Positions 17,297 through 25,511 of a stretch of 48,858 nucleotides of DNA are shown piece after piece (the stretch's first letter is position 1; each line of letters opens with the position of its first letter). The notes under the pieces were generated by a model. That model worked only from the letters and a program-made list of their open reading frames with translations, was not told the DNA's origin and made no database searches. Both the position numbers and the translations under genes were made by a program. Source of the stretch: Planctomycetota bacterium (GTDB lineage Bacteria; Planctomycetota; UBA11346); NCBI GenBank assembly GCA_007693455.1, contig REDP01000237.1, forward strand, positions 1 through 48,858, in the 5' to 3' direction.

Positions 17297-17643
17297 GAAA
17301 TTAGGGACCGAAGTTAGGGACACGAAGTTAGGGACTATCTTATAAAGTTAGGAAAGTTAGGGACAGGCTACCTTATTGCCCAACCCGATGAAGAAGTTAG
17401 GGACAGGCTATTTTATTGCCCCAAGCCGATGCCCTGCTCGCGCCGCCCGATGACGATCATCATCGCCTGTCCTTCTTTGGGTGCTCTGCTTGAGTTCGAG
17501 GGTTCGTTCCAGCAGCGAAGTTAGGGACAGGCGAAGTTAGGGGCTAACTTATTGCCCAACCCGATGCCCTGCTCGCGCTGCCCGATGACGATCATCACGA
17601 GATCAGCCCTTCGTACCTCTCTAGATCTAGCCTGTCCCTCTTT
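17297..17643 (+). repeat. Intergenic repeat cluster: eight AAGTTAGG(GACAGGCTA) copies, inverted GCCTGTCC partners and duplicated gene-derived segments
   Basis: Motif starts at 17297 (variant AAATTAGG), 17310, 17324, 17344, 17353, 17393, 17517 and 17533; inverted GCCTGTCCTTCTTT 17465-17478 and TAGCCTGTCCCTCTTT 17628-17643. Confidence 0.9.
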
Positions 17644-17818
17644 GAGCGAGTGAGATGAACGGTAGCGCAATGCATCATATGCATATAATGTAAGCATATA
17701 ATGCTGCGTGGGTGTCCTTATCGGCCTTTTCTCCTGGTTGTACGTCGCTGATTGCGCCTGTAGATGCCCTCACACCCGCGCTATCCATGCGTAAAGATTA
17801 TGGGTAAAAGACAATAGT

Positions 17819-17836
17819 ATCATTATGTATAATGAT
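17819..17836. promoter_or_regulatory. Perfect AT-rich palindrome upstream of the pnt operon, candidate operator overlapping TATAAT
   Basis: ATCATTAT-GT-ATAATGAT. Confidence 0.45.
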
Positions 17837-17923
17837 TAGGCGAAACCCATTGCCCCGTCAGCTCATAGCCCAGCCTACGCCACTCGTCACCACGACCTCC
17901 AACCCTCATCATAGGAGCGTGCT

Positions 17924-19087
17924 ATGCACATTGGCGTTGTTGCCCATGACGGCGGCGATCCCCGCCTTCCCATCTCCCCCACGAGCGTTGGCCAGCTCCT
18001 TGGCCTCGGCGCAAGCATCTCGATCCAATCGGGCATTGGCCAGCACTGCCAGTGGAGCGATGCCGACTGGTCGGCAGCTGGAGCGCAGGTAGAAAGCGAT
18101 CGGAGCGCCATCCTTGCTGGCGCTGATATGCTGGTAAGCGTTCGTCCACCCAGCATCGAGGATCTGCGGCAGCTGCGCCCAGGAAGCATCACCATAAGCT
18201 TCCTGGATCCCTTTAATCAACGCGATCTCATTGAGGCTGCTGCCAGCGCGCAAGTGTCCTGCTTGAGCCTGGAAATGGTGCCGCGCTCTACCATCGCTCA
18301 GAAAATGGATGCCCTCTCAAGCCAGCACTCCCTGGCGGGCTATTATATGGTTCTCTTGGCGGCTGAACGCCTGGATCGTATTCTGCCCATGATGACCACC
18401 CCATCGGGCACCTTGCAACCGGCACGGGTGTTTATTATCGGGGCTGGGGTGGCTGGCTTGCAGGCCATTGCTACCGCCAAGCGCCTTGGCGCCAGGGTCA
18501 CAGCATTCGACACCCGTCCTGAGGTGGCGGAGCAGGTAGAAAGCCTGGGGGGTCGTTTTCTCAACATTGACCTGGGACGAACAGGCTCCACCGAACAGGG
18601 CTACGCCACAGCATTAAGTGAGGAACAGCTCGCGGCCCAGCAGGCTGGGATGACCAAGGCCTGCGCTGAATCAGACATTGTGATCACCACCGCCCAGCTC
18701 TTTGGCCGTCCTGCCCCACAGGTCATCAGCCAGGACATGGTAAGCGCCATGCGTCCAGGCAGTATCATCATCGACTATGCCGTGTCGTCTGGCGGCAATG
18801 TGGCGGGATCGCGTGCGGATGAAGAAGTCGTGGTCGATGGGGTACGCATTATTGGCTTGAGCAACTATCCCGGACAAGTCGCCCACAGTGCGACCTTAAT
18901 GCTGGCCAATAATATCGCCCATATGATCCGCCACGGCTGGGATGAGGAAACCAAGACCTTCTCTCTCACAAAGGATGAGGAGACACTCTCCTCCTGCCTG
19001 ATCACCCATGCAGGAGAAGTGGTCAATCCAACTATTCGTGGTCATTACGGCCTCCCTACCCAAAAGCCCGAGGAGAGCATCGCATGA
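17924..19087 (+). CDS. pntA: NAD(P) transhydrogenase subunit alpha, part 1 (domain I)
   Basis: VPRSTIAQKMDALSSQ, IIGAGVAGLQAIATAKRLGA, DIVITTAQLFGRPAP; AGGAG RBS. Confidence 0.95.
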   Translation: MHIGVVAHDGGDPRLPISPTSVGQLLGLGASISIQSGIGQHCQWSDADWSAAGAQVESDRSAILAGADMLVSVRPPSIEDLRQLRPGSITISFLDPFNQRDLIEAAASAQVSCLSLEMVPRSTIAQKMDALSSQHSLAGYYMVLLAAERLDRILPMMTTPSGTLQPARVFIIGAGVAGLQAIATAKRLGARVTAFDTRPEVAEQVESLGGRFLNIDLGRTGSTEQGYATALSEEQLAAQQAGMTKACAESDIVITTAQLFGRPAPQVISQDMVSAMRPGSIIIDYAVSSGGNVAGSRADEEVVVDGVRIIGLSNYPGQVAHSATLMLANNIAHMIRHGWDEETKTFSLTKDEETLSSCLITHAGEVVNPTIRGHYGLPTQKPEESIA

Positions 19088-19395
19088 GTATTACCCTATT
19101 GGCCTTCGTCTTTGTTCTTGCCCTCTTTTTGGGCCTGGAACTCATCGGCAAGGTTCCCGCCACCCTCCACACCCCCCTGATGTCTGGCTCCAATGCCATT
19201 TCTGGTATCGGCATTATCGGCGCCATTGCAGTAGTCGGCAATGGCGGCGCCCAAGGCTCCACGGCGGTGATGGTATTAGGCGCTATCGCGGTGGGCTTTG
19301 CCGCCATCAATGTGGTAGGCGGCTATCTAGTAACCAACCGCATGCTGGCCATGTTTAAAAAGAAACCGAGCAATGAACAAGGAGGGAAGGCGTGA
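19084..19395 (+). CDS. pntA: NAD(P) transhydrogenase subunit alpha, part 2 (membrane)
   Basis: KVPATLHTPLMSGSNAISG, INVVGGYLVTNRMLAMF; ATGA overlap. Confidence 0.95.
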   Translation: MSITLLAFVFVLALFLGLELIGKVPATLHTPLMSGSNAISGIGIIGAIAVVGNGGAQGSTAVMVLGAIAVGFAAINVVGGYLVTNRMLAMFKKKPSNEQGGKA

Positions 19396-20780
19396 ATCAT
19401 CTGATTACTGGACTGCTCGTCGCGGCAATGGTCTGCTTTATTATGGGCCTGCGCGCCATGAGCCGCACCCATTCAGCTCGTCGCGGCAACCTTATTTCTG
19501 CCCTGGGCATGACCCTCGCCATTATCGGCGCGATATTAGAACTCGTGCGCCTAGAACATCTCGCCATGACCCAGGCCTGGATTATTCTCGCTGCCATTGG
19601 GCTTGGTGCGCTTATTGGAATTCCTGCGGCATTGCGGGTTAAAATGACCGCGATGCCTGAAATGGTAGCCCTGTTTAACGGTTTTGGCGGCATTGCCAGT
19701 CTGTTTATTGCCAGTGGTGAAGTGGTTGCCAGTGGCGGGGGCATGACTGGGTTCACTGCTAGCACCGCCTTTCTCGCCATGCTTATCGGCGGCATTACCT
19801 TTACGGGCTCACTGATTGCGTTTGGCAAATTGGCAGAGTGGATTCCCTCACGCGCCATTTGCTTCCCCGCCCAGCATGTCCTCAACGCGCTCCTCTTACT
19901 AGCAGTGCTGGTTGGCGTGGTCAGCTTTGCCATCTGGCCTGAAGCCCAGTGGATTTTCTGGGCCGCCATCGCCGTGGCGGCTGTCCTCGGCATTATGGCA
20001 GTCATTCCCATTGGTGGTGCTGATATGCCCGTGGTGATCAGTCTCCTCAATAGCTATTCAGGATTGGCCGCCTGTGCCGCTGGCTTTGCCATTGGCTCTC
20101 CCCTACTGATTACCATTGGTGCCTTGGTGGGTGCAGCGGGCATTATTCTCACCAAGGTCATGTGCAAAGCCATGAATCGCTCCCTGGGCAATGTCCTCTT
20201 CTCTGGCTTCGGCAGCGCCACTAGCAGCGGCGGCGGCGGACCCCAAGGCGAAGCGCAATCACTGCTTCCCCAAGACGCCTATTATGTGTTGGAAGCAGCT
20301 CAGTCGGTGGTATTTATTCCTGGATATGGCATGGCTGTGGCGCAGGCCCAGCACGCCGTGCGCGAATTGGCCGACACCCTCGCTGCCAACGGCTGCGATG
20401 TGCGCTTTGCCATTCATCCCGTGGCGGGGCGCATGCCTGGACACATGAATGTGCTCCTTGCCGAGGCCAATGTCAGTTACGATCTTTTAGTGGAGATGGA
20501 TGATATCAATCCGAGTATGCCCACGGTTGATGTGGCTGTGGTTATCGGCGCCAATGACACCGTCAATCCAGCAGCAGTAGAAGATCCCGAAAGTGCCATT
20601 GCTGGTATGCCGATCATTCTTGCCCATCAGGCCCGTCAGGTTTTCGTCCTCAAACGCAGTATGCGCTCTGGCTTTGCTGGCATTGAAAACCCCCTGTTTT
20701 TCCGCGATAATACCTGGATGATTTTCGGTGATGCCAAAACAACCATCGAAGCCATCAATGGTGAATTCAAGGAAGGCTAA
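19392..20780 (+). CDS. pntB: NAD(P) transhydrogenase subunit beta
   Basis: MTAMPEMVALFNGFGG, IGGADMPVVISLLNSYSG, PGYGMAVAQAQ, HPVAGRMPGHMNVLLAEA. Confidence 0.97.
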   Translation: MNHLITGLLVAAMVCFIMGLRAMSRTHSARRGNLISALGMTLAIIGAILELVRLEHLAMTQAWIILAAIGLGALIGIPAALRVKMTAMPEMVALFNGFGGIASLFIASGEVVASGGGMTGFTASTAFLAMLIGGITFTGSLIAFGKLAEWIPSRAICFPAQHVLNALLLLAVLVGVVSFAIWPEAQWIFWAAIAVAAVLGIMAVIPIGGADMPVVISLLNSYSGLAACAAGFAIGSPLLITIGALVGAAGIILTKVMCKAMNRSLGNVLFSGFGSATSSGGGGPQGEAQSLLPQDAYYVLEAAQSVVFIPGYGMAVAQAQHAVRELADTLAANGCDVRFAIHPVAGRMPGHMNVLLAEANVSYDLLVEMDDINPSMPTVDVAVVIGANDTVNPAAVEDPESAIAGMPIILAHQARQVFVLKRSMRSGFAGIENPLFFRDNTWMIFGDAKTTIEAINGEFKEG

Positions 20781-20896
20781 TCTCTGTATCTCAGCCTTGT
20801 CCCGTGTACCGTGAATATCTTGAAGAAGCTGCTGCGCCGTGATCAGCAGCGGCGCAGCGACTTCTGATGGTTCTTATGGGACACTGCACTCGATCA

Positions 20897-20933
20897 GGAA
20901 AGCCGTGCACAGGCCGTGCACGGCTTTCCATTT
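20897..20933 (+). terminator. Strong hairpin, probable intrinsic terminator downstream of pntB
   Basis: Perfect 14-bp stem GGAAAGCCGTGCAC / GTGCACGGCTTTCC with a 5-nt loop, followed by ATTT. Confidence 0.6.
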
Positions 20934-20967
20934 GGCCTTACCATGGCCCGCTCTACCCTAAACCACT

Positions 20968-21594
20968 ATGTCAGCATCAAGAGCCACCAGCCACCGAGAA
21001 GTAGAGTGCAAATGGCGCATTGACGGCCGTGATCAGGCTGCCGCCTGTGCCCTGTTTTGTCAGCTCGCCGGACCGCCCGAACACTTACAGCAACGCAATC
21101 GTTTTTTTGATACTGCCGAGGGCCATCTACGCGCTCAGGCCACCAGCCTACGCCTGCGACAAGAAAATGCCCGACTTCTCCTTACCTGCAAACGCCGCGT
21201 CGCCAAGCGTGATGGCGCCCTGCACCAACAACAGGAGGAAGAATCCTGGCTCAATAGCGTGCTCTGGAATCTCTACAGTGAGGCCCCACTAATCCCCCAC
21301 GGCGCCCTCCCCTTGCCGCCACAGGCCCGTCACCTGCTTGGCTCACGGCCGCTCTGCAATATGGGTGGATTTGACAATCGGCGCCTCCAGTGGCACTGGG
21401 ACAGGGATGTGCTCTGCCTCGACTGCACCGACTTTCCCCGCGGGCAGCGTGAGTATGAAATTGAAATCGAATTGGGGGGCACACGTGACCAAGACTGGTG
21501 GTGGCACACCCTGCGCCAAGGGGGCATTGCCATGAGCGATCAGTCCGAGACCAAATTACATCGCTACCTGCGCCTCCAAAAGGAGCAGCGCTAA
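20968..21594 (+). CDS. CYTH-domain (triphosphate tunnel metalloenzyme) protein
   Basis: REVECK (ExExK), QRNRFFDT, SLRLR, LTCK, LDCT, YEIEIE, ETKL. Confidence 0.85.
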   Translation: MSASRATSHREVECKWRIDGRDQAAACALFCQLAGPPEHLQQRNRFFDTAEGHLRAQATSLRLRQENARLLLTCKRRVAKRDGALHQQQEEESWLNSVLWNLYSEAPLIPHGALPLPPQARHLLGSRPLCNMGGFDNRRLQWHWDRDVLCLDCTDFPRGQREYEIEIELGGTRDQDWWWHTLRQGGIAMSDQSETKLHRYLRLQKEQR

Positions 21595-21639
21595 ACTGGC
21601 ACTGGCCCAGGCTCGGCCTGGACCTACCATAGCTGCATC

Positions 21640-21879
21640 ATGAGTGATCACGTACAGATTCGCATTATCTCCCTGCTTGAAGAGGCTGCCAACAGCTTCG
21701 AACAATTGGAGACCCTCGCCAACCGACTGCTGCGCGAAATACCCGCCGACAAAGTCGATCAGGTTGAGTTACGCCCCATCGAACGAGATATTATGGAGGC
21801 CGACAACGAGCCCGGCAGCGAGGTCGACCACATCGTATTCATTCGCTACCGCACCGACCAAAGCGATGACGAGTTTTAA
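21640..21879 (+). CDS. Small acidic hypothetical protein
   Basis: 79-aa ORF filling the gap between the CYTH gene and convergent ruvA; TACCAT upstream of the ATG. Confidence 0.65.
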   Translation: MSDHVQIRIISLLEEAANSFEQLETLANRLLREIPADKVDQVELRPIERDIMEADNEPGSEVDHIVFIRYRTDQSDDEF

Positions 21880-21885
21880 AAACCC

Positions 21886-22506
21886 CTAGACCCGTCGGAG
21901 AATACCGAGTGAGGCGCGAACATAGGCCTCACTTGAGTCCTGATCTTCGACGTTGGCCAAAGCCTGCTCACTTTCACGAACGCTAAAGCCCAGGGCCACC
22001 AGGGCGCGATGGGCCTGAGAGCGAGCGTCGTCCGCAAGTGTTGCAGGGGCGGCTGTGGCATCGCTGCTGTCATCGCTGCTTGGGCTTACCCCTAGGGGTA
22101 TGCGCTCCACTTTATCGGCGAGTTCCAGGACCATGCGCTCGGCACTTTTGGCGCCAACTCCTTTGACTTTTTTAAGCGCGGCAACATCACGCCTGTGGAG
22201 GCTGCGACGTAGTTCATCAACCCCCAAGGTTGAGAGAATAGCCATCGCCACCGCGGGACCGACGCCCTGCACTGCGGTCAGCAAGTCAAAGGCCGCACGC
22301 TCTGCGGGATCGTAGAAACCGAAGAGGAGATGCTCGTCCTCACGAACCACCATGCGCGCATGCAATAGTACCGTACTGCCATCAAGGGGGATGGCGCGGC
22401 GGGTATATTGGGATACGCGCAAACGGTAGCCCACTCCCTGCACATCCAGACTGACATTGCCATCAGGATCTAATTGCACGGCAACGCCGCGAAAAAAATC
22501 ATACAT
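21886..22506 (-). CDS. ruvA: Holliday junction branch migration protein RuvA
   Basis: DVQGVGY, VRED..LFGF, VQGVGPAVAMAILS, VKGVGAKSAERMVLEL, ALVALGF; GGAG RBS. Confidence 0.95.
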   Translation of the reverse strand: MYDFFRGVAVQLDPDGNVSLDVQGVGYRLRVSQYTRRAIPLDGSTVLLHARMVVREDEHLLFGFYDPAERAAFDLLTAVQGVGPAVAMAILSTLGVDELRRSLHRRDVAALKKVKGVGAKSAERMVLELADKVERIPLGVSPSSDDSSDATAAPATLADDARSQAHRALVALGFSVRESEQALANVEDQDSSEAYVRASLGILRRV

Positions 22507-23167
22507 CACCGTACTCCCCCGCTTGAGCCCAACGAATCAAGGCTGCAGGGTCAGGGTCTTTAAAATAGGCTGATCCGCACACCAAGCGGGTTGCTCCATC
22601 GGCCACTACCAGGGGTATGGTACTACGATCAATACCCCCATCGACCATAATCGGCAACTGGGGAAAACGCTCACGCACCGCACGAATACGCGGCCGCACG
22701 GCGGGAATAAATGCCTGCCCGCCAAAGCCCGGGTAGACCGTCATCAGCATGCACTGATCCACCTGGGCCAAGGCGTCAAACCACATACAAGGATCCGTGT
22801 CAGGGTTAAAGGCCAGGCCCGTTGCCGCGCCAGTGCTGCGCAACTGACTTATGGCATCATCTATGGCACGCGGACCCACGGCTTCTACGTGCACGGTTAT
22901 GGCATCTGCCCCAGCATCGCGAAAGGATTGGGCGTAGCGCAGGGGATCAGTCATCATCAGGTGCACATCTAAGACCAGGTCGGTGGAGCGCCGCATCGCC
23001 TCGACCAAAAGCGGGCCCAAGGTAAGGTTGGGAACAAAGTGGGCGTCCATGACATCCACATGCACCTGCGATGCACCTGCCGCAGCACAGGCAGCCAATT
23101 CATCTGCCAAACGAGCAAAGTCACAGGACAGTAAACTTGGCAGGACAATAATGGGTGATTGCGACAT
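22499..23167 (-). CDS. rpe: Ribulose-phosphate 3-epimerase
   Basis: PSLLSCDF, HVDVMDAHFVPNLTLG, DVHLM, MTVYPGFGGQAF, VDGGI. Confidence 0.96.
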   Translation of the reverse strand: MSQSPIIVLPSLLSCDFARLADELAACAAAGASQVHVDVMDAHFVPNLTLGPLLVEAMRRSTDLVLDVHLMMTDPLRYAQSFRDAGADAITVHVEAVGPRAIDDAISQLRSTGAATGLAFNPDTDPCMWFDALAQVDQCMLMTVYPGFGGQAFIPAVRPRIRAVRERFPQLPIMVDGGIDRSTIPLVVADGATRLVCGSAYFKDPDPAALIRWAQAGEYGDV

Positions 23168-23428
23168 GATGACTCCACAACAAACGCTGGGGTGAACGAT
23201 ACGTACACTGACTCGACCGGTGATGTTCACAGGCCTCGGCCAGGGGCAAGGCCCAGCAACCACTCTCAAGACAGCCAGGGCAGCGTTCCCGCTCTTTTCC
23301 ATGGCAGGCTTTGCGTCGCGCTGAAATCTCGGTGTTGGCCCTAGCTTGTGTTTTTACAAAGGATGGCACTATACCCATCCTTCAAAGATATCGTCATTAC
23401 AACACTATACCGTCATAAGGAGCCACTC

Positions 23429-23743
23429 ATGGCCGCTGAATTTACCGACGACAACTTCGCTTCTGATGTTCTTGGCAGTGACAAGCCCGTATTGGTGGAC
23501 TTTTGGGCCCCATGGTGCGGCCCCTGCAAAATGGTTGGGCCGATCATTGAAAAACTGGCCGGTGAACTGGATGATGTCGTTATTGGCAAATTGAATGTCG
23601 ATGACAATCCTGGCACCGCCCAGAAATATGAAATCATGTCCATCCCCACCATGCTGCTGTTTAAAAACGGTGAAGTCGTGGCCAAGAGCATGGGCTTTAT
23701 GCCTGAACCCAAAATTCGCGAATTTATCAGCTCCAATAGCTGA
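23429..23743 (+). CDS. trxA: Thioredoxin
   Basis: VLVDFWAPWCGPCK, SIPT; AAGGAG RBS. Confidence 0.97.
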   Translation: MAAEFTDDNFASDVLGSDKPVLVDFWAPWCGPCKMVGPIIEKLAGELDDVVIGKLNVDDNPGTAQKYEIMSIPTMLLFKNGEVVAKSMGFMPEPKIREFISSNS

Positions 23744-23805
23744 GCTGGGCTCGGCGGCGCATGGGCCACACACCATGCGCCGTCGCCTCCCTGGCGCCTC
23801 CTACC

Positions 23806-24558
23806 ATGAGTGGCATTTCTCTGGCGTTAACCCCGGCATATTTGCTTCGCCGCTGGAAACGCTTTCTTTGTGAAGCACGCCTAGAAGACGGCACTGTGGT
23901 AAGAGCCCACGTGCCCAATTCTGGCTCTATGGCCACCTTACTGCGTCCCGACTGCCCCGTGTGGCTACGCCATGATCCCTCACCACGACGCAAACTCGCC
24001 TGGACCCTGGTTCTTATGGAAACCACCATGGGGGGATTGGCAGTAGTCGATACCATGCTTCCCAATCGGATGGCATGGGCGGGTATCATGGATCAGCAAG
24101 TGCCTGAACTTGCGGGTTACCGCCAGCCACGCCGCGAAGCCAGCATCCCCGAGCTTGCCCCCCACGACGGCACTCGTTCGCGCTTCGACTTGGTCTTGAG
24201 CGATCACATTAAAGATGCGCGAAGCTGTGTGGTGGAAATCAAAAACGTCACCATGCTGGGGCGCTCCGGCGAGGAACAGCCACGACAGGCGGATTTCCCC
24301 GATGCGAAAACACTTCGCGGTCGCCGTCATCTGCTCGACTTGGCCCATCTCGCGGCAATGGGCTACCGTTGCGTCCAGTGGTATATCTGCAATCGCAGCG
24401 ACTGTGATCAAGTGGGTATTGCCCGCGACATTGACCCCGCCTATGGCGAAGCTCTTGATACGGCCATGGCTGCAGGGGTGGAAGTCTTGTGCTATCGCGC
24501 CGCGATCAGCAGCAATAATGTCAGTATTGGACAAGCGGCTGCCTTTATCCCCTCCTAA
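23806..24558 (+). CDS. sfsA: DNA/RNA nuclease SfsA
   Basis: RRWKRFL, HVPNSGSM, SRFDL, VEIKNVT, FPDAKTLRGRRHL, IDPAY. Confidence 0.92.
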   Translation: MSGISLALTPAYLLRRWKRFLCEARLEDGTVVRAHVPNSGSMATLLRPDCPVWLRHDPSPRRKLAWTLVLMETTMGGLAVVDTMLPNRMAWAGIMDQQVPELAGYRQPRREASIPELAPHDGTRSRFDLVLSDHIKDARSCVVEIKNVTMLGRSGEEQPRQADFPDAKTLRGRRHLLDLAHLAAMGYRCVQWYICNRSDCDQVGIARDIDPAYGEALDTAMAAGVEVLCYRAAISSNNVSIGQAAAFIPS

Positions 24559-24646
24559 TATCTCTGGACTCAGCCTTCGGGAGACCCGGAAAACCTGCCG
24601 TCTCCCAGCCCCAACCGAGATACTGCCTCACCGACCATGCGGTAGC

Positions 24647-25360
24647 CTAGTCCTCAAGCAGGTGCCGAAAGTCGGCGGCTTGCTGCGCTTGTCCATCTTC
24701 GCGGAAGGCGGAGAGCATGGCATCCAAAAGCGTCCGCGTATCATACGACACAGAGGCCAACTGACCGCCAAGGAGGGTACGGGCCTGGGCAAACCCCTGC
24801 GACACGCCGCGGGTAATGGCTTCGCTAAACGCCGCAAAACGTGGGTGGTCTACCTCCATGCCAGCACCAAGGCGCGAGACAAAATCAAAGATACGCTGGG
24901 CCGTAGGCTCGGCGGCAAAATAACTGCGCAGCAGATCCTGATCACCACGCACCTCGACCTCAAGGCTATGACCACTTACTCCCAAGAAAGCCGCCTGGCC
25001 GTGCTGGAGCAACATTTCACGCGCACTCTCCAACCGCGCATCGTTACCCACCTGCATTTCTCGCACCTGGGCAACACTGGCTCTGGTATAGGATTCTTGA
25101 TAGTCGAAGGCTGCGGCGTTAATGCGGACGCTGGCACTACGTCCATCGGCGGAGGCAATATCCATGGAAATCGTGGTGGTTGCCATGGACAGGCGCTGCT
25201 GGTGACGCTGCACATCTGCCACCTGAAACTGCCGTGCTGGCGGCCCCTGTGGGGCTTGGGGCTGGGGAATCGTGGTACGACGACCGCGGTGATTGGCGTG
25301 GAGCACTGCCGGAGGGAAGATACGATTTCCCAAGGCCTGGGTATTGAGCAGACTTCGCAT
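24647..25360 (-). CDS. Hypothetical protein, DUF5610-like C-terminal helical domain
   Basis: YFAAEPTAQRIFDF...RGVSQGFAQARTLLGG resembles DUF5610 proteins (from memory, not searched). Confidence 0.6.
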   Translation of the reverse strand: MRSLLNTQALGNRIFPPAVLHANHRGRRTTIPQPQAPQGPPARQFQVADVQRHQQRLSMATTTISMDIASADGRSASVRINAAAFDYQESYTRASVAQVREMQVGNDARLESAREMLLQHGQAAFLGVSGHSLEVEVRGDQDLLRSYFAAEPTAQRIFDFVSRLGAGMEVDHPRFAAFSEAITRGVSQGFAQARTLLGGQLASVSYDTRTLLDAMLSAFREDGQAQQAADFRHLLED

Positions 25361-25511
25361 GCCCTCAGTATCGGCTCAGCCTGGACGCACTTGAGCACCT
25401 AAGTGATAGAGCATACTCTCCCTGCCAAGAGGCCCCCTCCCTTCCAGGCCAGCTAAACGCTGCCTGGACGACACCACCCATACCATACTCATACAAGGTC
25501 CGGTAACGCCC

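Noticed and set aside
17269-17320. Integron attC site (GCCTAAC at the stop codon, GTTAGGG downstream)
   Set aside because: GTTAGGG does not fit GTTRRRY, there is no attC-type long hairpin, and there is no integrase or cassette array
17301-17542. Telomeric TTAGGG repeats or eukaryotic contamination
   Set aside because: The seven hexamers are never directly tandem, always sit inside a longer motif, and the flanks are continuous bacterial genes
16922-17601. Diversity-generating retroelement (VR in gene, TR downstream)
   Set aside because: Differences include indels and non-adenine changes, the match is short and not at the gene's 3' end, and no reverse transcriptase is present
17297-17643. CRISPR array
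   Set aside because: Repeats are only 9-18 nt, spacing is irregular, the intervening sequences are homologous to each other, and there are no cas genes in the window
17924-19395. pntA split as a frameshifted pseudogene
   Set aside because: The alpha1/alpha2/beta three-gene form is well known (e.g. Rhodospirillum rubrum), and both parts have RBSs and coupled start/stop codons
24215-25402. 395-aa plus-strand ORF
   Set aside because: Overlaps sfsA out of frame and is antisense to the DUF5610-like gene; no recognisable motifs, so treated as a shadow ORF
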